A stretch of DNA of 64,000 nucleotides. Origin: Malacoraja senta. Lineage: Eukaryota. The notes below the pieces were generated by a model that did not search any database, had not been told where the DNA came from, and saw only the letters and a list, made by a program, of their open reading frames with translations. Shown one piece after another: positions 12,801 to 22,561 of the stretch (the stretch's first letter is position 1; every line of letters begins with the position of its first letter). The translations under genes and the position numbers were made by a program. The stretch is taken from contig CM075989.1 in NCBI GenBank assembly GCA_038087875.1, forward strand, positions 20,400,001-20,464,000, given 5' to 3'.

Positions 12801-12961
12801 CATTTGTCAATTATATTTCTGTGGCATTGCTTGTGAACACTCTTTTTGGTTGCAGTTGCGCAAAGACTCCTTTGAGTCCTTAATAAGCTGAGAGAGAACT
12901 CTCGTTAAATACTTTTCCGGCAGGTTGCAAATAAACCTGTACCAAAAGAATACTATAAAAG

Positions 12962-13477
12962 CAAGACACGAGGAACTGCAGATGCTGGAATCTTCAGCAA
13001 AACTCAGCAAGTCTGGCAGCATCTGTGGAGGGAAAGGATAGTGACGATTCTGGTGGGACCCCTTCTCCAGACCCGTCTGAAGAAGGGTCTCGACCCGAAA
13101 CGTCACCCATTCCTTCTCTCCAAAGATGCTGCCTGTCCTGCTGAGTTACTCCAGCTTTTTGCGTCTATCTTCAGTTTAAACCAGCATCTGCACTTCCTTC
13201 CTACACTATAGACTACACTGTTAATCAGGTACATGCTGGACTTGAAGACAAGGAACTGCATCTGCCTGTTTAAAAAAAAAAAGACACAAAGTGTTGGAGT
13301 AATTCAGCGGTTTGGGCAGCATCTTTGGAGAACATGATAGGTGACATTTCGGGTCGGGACCCTCTACAGACTTCTTCAGAGTCTGAATTAGTGTCCTGAC
13401 TCAAAACGTCACCAACGCATTATCTCCACAATGCTGTCTGACCTGTTGAATTACTCCAACACTTTGTGTCTTTTTTT
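12962..13477. repeat. Two inverted pairs of Penelope-derived terminal repeats
   Basis: Pairs at 12962-13205 and 13245-13477; GGAACTGCAGATGCTGG / GAGTTACTCCAGC motifs in opposite orientations. Confidence 0.8.
13077..13104 (+). ncRNA. Minimal hammerhead ribozyme core (Penelope-type)
   Basis: CUGAAGA-A-GGGUC-UC-GACCC-GAAA-CGUC: intact core, stem II, palindromic ACGU stem III. Confidence 0.75.
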
Positions 13478-15494
13478 ACATGCTCGACTTGGCATGTGCC
13501 ATAAAATTGAATACGGCGTGAACCTGATGTCATCTTGCGTGCTATCCCTGTTGGCCTCTGAATTCAAGCATACTTGTCAATGATGTTCTGACTATCTTTT
13601 GCTGTATCTGTTTAATAACATTGCTGACTTAAATATTGTCTCTGTTAGAATTCCAGCTGATCATTTACTGTATATTTGTATCAGTTGGAGAAAGGGAATC
13701 ATAAGTGTAGTGCATGCCACCCATTCCTCATGGATGAGGCTCATTCATTTCTTCAAATTTCTTGGCTGGTGAGCCATTTTTACAAGGAGAAAAGTGTCCC
13801 TAAATGCCCTCAGGCTTTACAGCCCAAAGAACACCATGAATACTGAAGGAATTGAAAGTTGTGATAGTGAAAGTATTCTATGAGGTAATCTGCCAAATGC
13901 ATTTGACACCTTGTGCGTTTTGACCCAATTTTTATTTACCCATGAAAGCAGCTGTTCAGGCAGTTGCCCAAATTCTTCTCCTGACGGATCTATCTTGTTC
14001 ACCACTTTATTGAGCTGGAGGTTAGTTCATCATCCATTAAGGACTTGTTCACAGTTGTTAAATAACACTATACGTTGTTTTCCTTGGAAATGTCATCTAC
14101 ACTTGGTGGATGTGAAGAATCTTAAGTGTGCATTAAGCCTCCGTTATCTCTTCTTGCATTCCGTACAGCGAGCCAAGATAGAGTTGAGGTGAGATATTTT
14201 GAATGGAATGGGTGATCTGAATATAGAAATATGGCTTGTGCACTCCTGGCCCGTTGATTGGAAAGTGCCAAACTGTCTCTCCTTCCAAACCGTCAGTGCT
14301 GAAAAGAACCATTGAACTTGAGGTGTTTCTCTTGAAAAGATTTATAGCTGGTTGAAATAGACTTCACCTTAAGCCGAACCCCTCTGTTTGAAAAGAACAA
14401 CCACCTACTTTAACCTAGTCCCGTTATAACTAGAAGCAGAGCTAGATAGGGCTCTTAAAAATAGCGGAGTCAGGGGATATGGGGAAAAGGCAGGAATGGG
14501 GTACTGATTGGGGATGATCAGCCATGATCACATTGAATGGCTGTGCTGTCTCGAAGGGCCGAATGGCCTACTCCTGCACCTATTGTCTATTGTCAGTCCC
14601 ACAGCTATTATTTAGGTGTAGGCTGAGATTTAATCTCTTGATACCTCATAGTCACGGATTTCTCTTGCCAAAATGATCTGAGAATATAAACATTTCTGTG
14701 GAGTAACGTTGCATTAAAATTTTGAGAGAAGGGCCCGTTTTATAACATGTGGAACAGATCATTTACTTGGCATTTTTAAAAGATTGTGTTCTTGTTCCAG
14801 TTACTTTACTAGCATTTTGGCAGTAGTGAAATGGCCACAATCCAACAACAGCAACTGTTGAGCAGCACCTAATCCTCTTTTTGCATGATTACAATAACTA
14901 CTTTCATATGAGTAAAAATCTGCACACATATAACCAGAAACATACCATCAATATTACTGTAGGATACTGTAGGGCACTTAATATGTTGTTTTTGATTTGA
15001 CACAAAATCCTGTGGATTTCTCGTTGTCCAGTTGAACTAATCAACTGGTTGTTTTTGAAAGGTGTCTCATACCTACTGAGCTGCCTGATTTTAGGATTCC
15101 AGGTTACAATCAAAAGAGATGCAGTGTTTTAAAACGTTCATTAAAATTTTGAGAGAAGGGTGAGAATTTTGAGATAAATTTCAAGAGAAGAGAGGGTTAG
15201 ATAGAGCTCTAGGGGCTAGTGGAGTCAAGGGATATGGGGAGAAGGCAGGCATGGGTTATTGATAGGGGACGATCAGCCATGATCACAATGAATGGCGGTG
15301 CTGGCAGGAAGGGACGAATGGCCTCCTCCTGCACCTTTTTTCTATGTTTCTATGTTCTCTCGTGTATTACTGACAAGGGGAGGCTTAATTTAAGGTTGCC
15401 TTTCAAAGGTATTAAAAGTAGCATTCGCCTGGATTGTGAGGCAACAGCCCAGTGGTATCTAGCAGTTAGTGTTCCTGCCTTACAGCTCAACTGA

Positions 15495-15785
15495 GCTGAG
15501 AGATTCTGAGACAGTTTCGTCCCAGCTGTCATCAGGCAACTGAACCATCCGATCAACGACTACCGAGCTACCATCTACATCATTGGAGACCCTCAGACTA
15601 TCTTTAATTGGGCTTTACTGGATTTTATTTTGCACCATATGTTATTCCCTTTATACTGTATCTGTACACTGTGGATGGCTCGATTGTAATTAATGTATAG
15701 TCTTTCCACTGACTGGATAGCACGCAACAAAAAGCTTTTCACTGTGCCTCGGTACTTGTGACAATCAACTAAACCAAACTAAACC
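15495..15785 (+). mobile_element. Rex1/Babar-type LINE 3' end
   Basis: DSF.PAVIRQLN-like end, (CTAAA)n tail; related tails at 32545-32765 (-) and ~50045-50815 (-). Confidence 0.55.
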
Positions 15786-15834
15786 TCCCTTGATCAACTT
15801 CCCAAAGGGGCTCAATGACAGAACTAAAAAAAAA

Positions 15835-16565
15835 ATGGATCTAGGGATCCAAATCCACAGCTCCCTGAAAGCGGCAGCACTAGTAGATAGGGTGGTAAAG
15901 AAGGCGAATGGTATGCTTGCCATCATCGGCCGGGGCATTGAATATAAGAGTCAGGAAGTCATGTTGCAGCTTTATAAGACTGCTTAGGCCACATTTGGTT
16001 TATTGGTTGCCCCATTATTGAGAGGACATGGAAGCTTTGGAGAGGGTGTCGAAGAGGTTTACCAGAATGCTTATAGGATTAGAGGGTATTAACTACAAGG
16101 AGAAGTTCAACAATCTTGAAATATTTTCTCTGGAAGTTTTGGAAGTTGAGGGAAGTCCCTTATCACGAGAAGCATAAATAGGGTAGACAGTCAGAGCCTT
16201 ATTCCCAGCAAAGTTTAAAGGAAACAGTCAAGATGCATTTTTTTACACAGAGATTGGAGGGTGCCTGGAGCACACGGCCAAGGATAATGGTGGAGGCAGA
16301 TACAACAGTGGCATTTAAAGGCTTTTAGATGGGTACATTGTATGCAGGGAATGGAGGGATATGGATAGAGCAGGCAGAGGAGATTAGTTCAACTTGGCAA
16401 AGATAGACAGAAAGTGATGGAGTAACTCAGCAGGTCAGGCAGCATCTTTGGAGAAAAAAGATGGGTGACATTTCGGGTCGGAACCCTTCTTCAGAATTGG
16501 CATCATGTTCGGCACAGACATTGTGGACTGAAGGGTCTGTTCCTGTGCTGTACTGTTCTATGTAC
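15835..16565 (+). mobile_element. CR1 LINE 3' fragment (degraded, with Penelope insert)
   Basis: DLG..IHSSLK..VDRVVKKA.GMLA.IGRGIEYKS.EVMLQLYK. Confidence 0.8.
16467..16494 (-). ncRNA. Minimal hammerhead ribozyme core (Penelope-type)
   Basis: Minus strand CUGAAGA-A-GGGUU-CC-GACCC-GAAA-UGUC. Confidence 0.65.
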
Positions 16566-17094
16566 AGTTTTAAAAAGTTGACGTGCAGAGCATTCATTTT
16601 TTAAAAATTGTTTTTCTCTCAATTGAATACACATGCACAGCATATTGGAGCTGTGCGGCAAGATCACAAATGCAAAGCAGGGGAGCAAATGTAATTTGTT
16701 TTTGGCTTCCTCCGTCCATGCCTCCAAGTTTGAAACCACAAGCAAGGTTTATGGAATGCACATACTATGTGTAAATTCATCACAGCAGTGGAATACAGCA
16801 GTGTGAATTTGCCATTACCACGACTGATAATTTAAATAGCACGTAAGTGTTAACTTTACATTGTCAGCTTGTAATCCCCAGCTTTGTGGTTGTCTTGCCA
16901 TTCAGTGAAAAAAACAGTTTACAGTTGGTCGGGTAATTGGTCCGTAATTCCAAGTCCCTTTGTAAAGAGCAGCTGCTATTTCATTCATGGCTGTTATTAC
17001 AGCTAACCTCAATGATCATCGAGCTAGTTCTTTGTAAAACTATACCTTGTATGTAACCTTACTGTTATTTTTAAACAATGTATAAATGTTTAGT

Positions 17095-17370
17095 TTCCTC
17101 CAGTGTCAGATTGAGGCCCAATGCAAATTGGAGGAACAGCACATCATATTCCGCTTGGGCAGCTTACAGCCCAGTGGTATGATTGTTGATTTCTCTAACT
17201 TCAAGTAACCCTTGCTCTCAATCTCTCTCTGCCCCCACCCCCCCCTCCTAGTTCTCCGACTAATTATACTGTTCTGATTAAATATTACTGATTGAATGCT
17301 TCGTTGTCAGCTTCCCCTCAGCTAACGATGAACTATTCTACATTTCCTTATCATCATCTTCTTTGATCCG
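17095..17370 (+). mobile_element. Penelope-like element fragment
   Basis: KLEEQHIIFRLGSLQPSGM.VDFSNFK*. Confidence 0.75.
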
Positions 17371-17764
17371 TTGTTTCAGCCAGGAATGTTGATTCCACTG
17401 TGGTGGATGTTTATGTTAAATTTTATTTTATGTGTGTATTGTGTTCTTTTTACTTACTCTGGCTGTATGGTAACTCAAATTTCACTGTACCTTAGTTGGT
17501 TAAGTGACAATAAAGGCGAACTTGAACTTGAACTTACCCGTCCATTTCTCTGGACTACCTCTCCCCTGACTCTCGGTCTTAAGAAGGAAACACCACTCAT
17601 TCCTTCTCTCCAGGGATGCTTCCTGTCCCACTGAGTTCCTCCAACATTTTGTGTCTATCTTTATTTTATATTGATTCCTCAGTTTCCGTCCCTCTTCCAG
17701 TGTGGTCCATGGTTTAGGTTTATTGCGATGGTTAACTATATTCAGGTCAGGCAAACGCCTCCAC

Positions 17765-18035
17765 TGTCATGCCGTGAAAACAGAGAGGATGAGACGGAGT
17801 TTCTTCCCACAGGCCATCAGGACTGTAAACTCTTATCTCACCAGGGACTAATTTACTGTACTAATTTACTGTTGTGTTGTGTCTTTTTTTAATTGTTTTT
17901 TTTCTCTAACATGTAAATACTGATTCTGTTCTATTCTGTAGTTTTTGCACAATCCGCAGGCATTGCCACTTTCATTTCACTGCACATCTTGTATGTGTAT
18001 GTGACAAATAAAGTTGACTTGACTTGACTTGACTC
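17765..18035 (+). mobile_element. Rex1/Babar-type LINE 3' end
   Basis: RRSFFPQAIR C-terminus; (CTTGA)n tail; same 3'UTR type at 40020-40220. Confidence 0.65.
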
Positions 18036-18219
18036 ATGGGTCCTTTAAATGCTAAATATTGCTTTGTTTAAAGTGATCGGTCACCTGTAGCATTGGCCCT
18101 TTCTCTTACATGATTCGGGCAGATCATGGAGAGTGTACTTTTTCATTACCATATCACGACGACCAATTTCAGGCAGGGTTTTTCCAGCAAGTGTGTCCTC
18201 TCACCCCCAACCAGTTTGG

Positions 18220-19762
18220 AATGTTATCAGAATGCTGCCTGGATTAGAGGGTATTAGCTACAAGTGGAAATTTGACAGATTTGGATTGCTTGCTCTGGAG
18301 TTTGAGCAGAGATCGGATAGAACTGTGTAACATTATGAGAGGCATGGATAGGGCAGACATGCAGAGCTTTTCCCCAGGGTGAAAATGGCAAAGACTAGAG
18401 GGCATAGTTTTAGGCGAGAGTGGCTAAAAAAGATGTGGAGGGCAAGTTTTTTTTTACACACACAGGGTGGTGGGTACCTAGAACATGCTGTCAGTGATGG
18501 TGGTGGAGGCAGTGGTATTTAAGATGCTTTTGGATATGCTCAGATATGCAGCGATTGGAGGGGTACGGATCATGTTCAGGCAGAGGAGATTAGTTTATTT
18601 GGGGGAGGAAGGAACTGCAGATGCTGGTTTAAACCGAAGATAGACACAAAAAGTTGGAGCAACTCGGCGAGACAGGCAGCATCTCGGGAGAGAAGGAATG
18701 CGGGTTGAGACCCCTCTTCAGACTGGTTAAGGATAAGGGAAACGAGAGATATAGACGGTGATGTAGAGAGATAAAGATGAAAAATATGCAAAAAAAGTAA
18801 CGATGATAAAGGAAACAGCCATTGTTAGTTGTTTGTTGAGTGAAAATGAGAAGTTAGTGCGACTTGGGTGGGGGAGGGATGGAGAGAGAGAGAGAGGAAA
18901 TGCCGGGGTTACCTGAAGTTGGAGAAATCAACATTTATACCACTGGTAGACAAAAATGCTGGAGAAACTCAGCGGGTGAGGCAGCATCTATGGAGCGAAG
19001 GAATAGGCGACGTTTCGGATCGAGACCCTTCTTAGCACCACTGGGCTATCTTCAGTTTATTTGGCATCATATTTGACATGGACATTGTGAGCTGAAGGAC
19101 CTGTTCCTGTACCGTACTGTTCTATGTTCCCATGTGCACGACAAGCAGAAGGATTGTTAATTCCAATGTTAATCCAGGAGTATTGTGTGCAGTTTTGGTC
19201 CCCTAATTTGAGGGGAGTGCAGCGTAGGTTTACAATCTTGCTATTGAGGGAGTGCAGCGTAGGTTTACAAGGTTAATTCCCGGGATGGCGGGACTGTCAT
19301 ATGCTGAGAGAATGGATCAGCTGGGCTTGTAAACTCTGGAGTTTAGAAGGATGAGAGGGAATTTCATTGAAACATATAAGATTGTTAAGGGACGATCTCA
19401 TTGAAACATATAAGATTGGACACTCTAGAGGCAGGAAACATGTTCCTGATGTTGGGGGAGTCCAGAACCAGGGGCCACAGTTTAAGAATAAGGAGTAAGC
19501 CATTTAGAACGGAGACGAGGAAACACATTTCTCACAGAGAGTGGTGAGTCTGTGGAATTCTCTGCCTCAGAGGGCGGTGGAGGCAGGTTCTCTAGATGCT
19601 TTCAAGAGAGAGCTAGATAGGGCTCTTAAACATAGCGGAGTCGGGGGATATGGGGAGAAGGCAGGAACGGGGTACTGATTGGGGATGATTAGCCATGATC
19701 ACATTGAATGGTGGTGCTGGCTCGAAGGGCTGAATGGCCTACTCCTGCACCTATTGTCTATT
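18220..19762 (+). mobile_element. Two CR1 3' fragments with nested Penelope repeats
   Basis: Units ~18220-19130 and ~19175-19762 with RMLPGL / EYCVQFWSP motifs and CR1 tails. Confidence 0.8.
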
Positions 19763-20352
19763 AATCCCAATGCCTTTGTATGGACCCTTCTTTTCACCTT
19801 CATTAAATATGTATTTTTGTACTATCACCATCCTGGATATTGTGACTGTTTTTCTGGCTCCACAACACTTGCACTGATGCATCCCAAGTACATGACCAAC
19901 ATCAGACAGAACAAACAATGGCAAAACAAATGACAATGGGAACACAGTAAAACAGGACCAAAGCAAAATGGATTGGAGAAAAGCAAAAGTTGTGTGAATA
20001 AAATGACAGAAAAGGTTACAAGTGTGAATTTAATATCCATGCAGGTAAGAAAAGATACAGTAAAAACTTTTGTAAAACTGTAAAAAGGGACAAAAGAAAA
20101 ACAGAATTAAATGACTAAGGAAGAGTCGCGAGTGCTGACCACAGAACAATGAAATTCTTACTTGCAGCAACATAACAGGTCTGCAAAAGCAAAGCACAAA
20201 GATAATATTTACTGTAATAAACTAAAAAACAATAAATTAATAACCACATTACCGGTGCAAAAAAAACCCCCAGTAGTCCTTAGTGCAACCAAAGATAGTC
20301 CATAGAAGTTCATCGTTCATCAAGCCTAGAGATGAAAAGACAAAAGGTTGTG

Positions 20353-21495
20353 CCGAAGTCTGCCAACAGGAGAAGGTGTGCCAAGGCTGTGTCGCAAGCT
20401 AAACAGGGCCAGTGGATGAGATGGGAGAGTGTGGAAAAGAGGAAGTTCAGCTGGACGGACATGTGGGAGATGGAGGCGAGCAGGATAAGTTTTCTCATTC
20501 GTGCAACCTATGATGTCCTTCCTAGCCCAAAAAATCTCAACCAATGGCTGGGCGAAGATCCATCATGCCCCCTGTGTTCAACACCAGCCACGCTTAGGCA
20601 CATCCTCACTGGGTGTAAAGTAAGCCTCTCCCAAGGACGGTACACCTGGAGACATAATCAAGTGCTTAAATGCCTGGCAGCGACTCTGGAACGCAGGAGA
20701 ACAACCAACAATGCCCTGCCGCCCAGAACAACCAACCCAGTTAAGCCAATTACCTTTGTTTGGGAGGGGGAACAAAGGCAATGGAAAATTCCACCAAGGA
20801 CCAGGTTTGGACAGCTGGAGGCAGCCCGGGATTGGCAGTTGCTGGTGGATGTGGACCAACGGCTTACAGTTCCATCAGAGATAGCCATCACCAACTTGAG
20901 GCCTGATCTTGTGCTCTGGTCGAACTCTCAGCGCATGGTGTATTTTGTGGAGCTCACAGTCCCTTGGGAGGATGCTGTGCAGGAAGCCTTAGAAAGAAAG
21001 AAACTGCGATACACAGAGCTTGCAGCGGAGGCAGAACAGCGGGGCTGGAGAGCTAAGATCTGCCCGGTAGAAGTTGGATGTCGAGGATTCGTGGCAACAT
21101 CAACCGTAAGTGATGAAGGACCTGGGGATCAGCGGACAAGCCCTACGCCAGGCCATCAAAGAAACAGCACGGGTGGCAGAGCGGAGTAGCCAGTGGCTCT
21201 GGCTGAAGAAGAAAGACCCCATTTGGTCTCCCAAATAACCGACTAGACAGATGCAGAGGGGGGTGGTTCTGGGATGCCAGAATGCACCGCTGAGCCTACT
21301 GGAGACGTTGTGGGTTCGATCAGCGAAACGTCGATGAAAGTAGGTGCCCACTTGATAACCCCAATGACGTGTCTGCCTCGCCTTTCCCAACATCGGAGGA
21401 GCATGGGTGAGTGCAGAAGGCTCCCATCACCACCGGGAGCAAGTTGATATTTGGCACTTTGGATTTTTAACATCTTGTCCTGTGTATTTGGAAAC
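20353..21495 (+). mobile_element. Hero-clade RLE non-LTR retrotransposon, 5'-truncated
   Basis: ORF 20332-21189 has CPLC..H..C zinc knuckle, RHNQVL, RPDLVL, ELTVPWE, KKLRY, PVEVGCRGF (restriction-like endonuclease); frameshift near 21110 continues ..AERSSQWLWLKKK..W to TAA 21236-21238; flanked by a ~70-bp duplication. Confidence 0.85.
21258..21362 (+). ncRNA. Structured Hero 3'UTR element (kink-turn plus two pseudoknot pairings)
   Basis: Complementary pairs GCUGA/UCAGC, CCUACU/AGUAGG, GACGUU/AACGUC, GUGGGU/GCCCAC, GGGG/CCCC; GAU bulge with tandem G-A, A-G, A-G. Confidence 0.6.
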
Positions 21496-21754
21496 AGTGC
21501 ACCAAATATAGTCCATACAAGTTCAGCGTTCATCAAGCCTAGAGATGAAAAGACAAACGGTTTGTGAGATTGAGAGGTCAGGAGCTGAGAGGCCAGAAGA
21601 ATGGATGTAGATGAATGGGGAAATGGGGGCGGGATAGTGGGGGAAATTGTGTGCATATCTAGATGGGGCACAGGGAAGGGGGAAGATAGGGGGAGTTGTT
21701 TGTTTATTTACCTAAAATTGGCAATTCAATGTCCATACCATTGGGTTGCCATAA

Positions 21755-22115
21755 GGAATAGGAACAGAATTAGGCCATGCGGCCCATCAAGTCTACTCCG
21801 CCATTCAATCCTGACTGATCTCTCTTTCCCTCAACCCCATTCTCCTGCCTTCTCCCCATAACATCTGACATCTGTACTAATCAAGAATCTATCTATCTCT
21901 GCCTTAAAAATATCCACTGACTTGGCCTCCGCAGCCTTCTGTGGCAAAGAATTCCACAGATTCACCACCCTCCGACTAAAGAAATTAGTCCTCATCTCCT
22001 TTCTAAAGTAACGTCCTTTAATTCTGAGGTTATGACCTCTAGTCCTAGACACTCCCACTGGTGGAAACATCCTCTCCACGTCTACTCTATCCAGGCCTTT
22101 CACTATTCTGTACGT
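21755..22115 (-). mobile_element. CR1 LINE 3' fragment
   Basis: KGLDRVDVERMFP..RTRGHNL..RVVNLWNSLPQKA. Confidence 0.85.
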
Positions 22116-22533
22116 TTCATCGACCTTTTTGGTCACATCTTCAAAACCAAAAATCAGATTTGTGAGACGACATACCACGTACAAAATCATGCTGACTATC
22201 CCTAGTCAGCCTGGTTGGAGAACTAAGATTGGGGAGGGATGGAGGGTTACTTGCTTATTCACTGTTCTTCACCAGCCTGTTAGTTTCCTCTCAACCACTT
22301 GAAATATGTTCGCACCCTCATCATTGCAAGTCCATCTATTCATAGCAACAACCCCCTGTGGTTGGAAGAGAGTCATTTGCCTTGTGGTCTGTCCTTTTGC
22401 AACTTCAGAGATCTCGTCTTTGCTGAGAGCTTGCAGAGCATCAGTCGGGATCATCGCGCTGAAGAAAGCGACGAAACCACAGGGAAACTACAGAGAGCCT
22501 CGTAACTGAGGTTCTCCATCTTCTGAGGAAGGC

Positions 22534-22561
22534 CTGAAGAAGGGTCTCAACCCGAAACGTC
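22534..22561 (+). ncRNA. Minimal hammerhead ribozyme core (Penelope-type)
   Basis: CUGAAGA-A-GGGU-CUCA-ACCC-GAAA-CGUC. Confidence 0.7.

Noticed and set aside
20332..21189. 285-aa ORF as a host gene
   Set aside because: It is the C-terminal part of a Hero retrotransposon; the ATG comes from flanking duplicated DNA, the RT domain is missing and the end is frameshifted
22459..22480. CTGAAGA..GAAAC hammerhead-like string outside a Penelope repeat
   Set aside because: No stem II and no UH cleavage triplet
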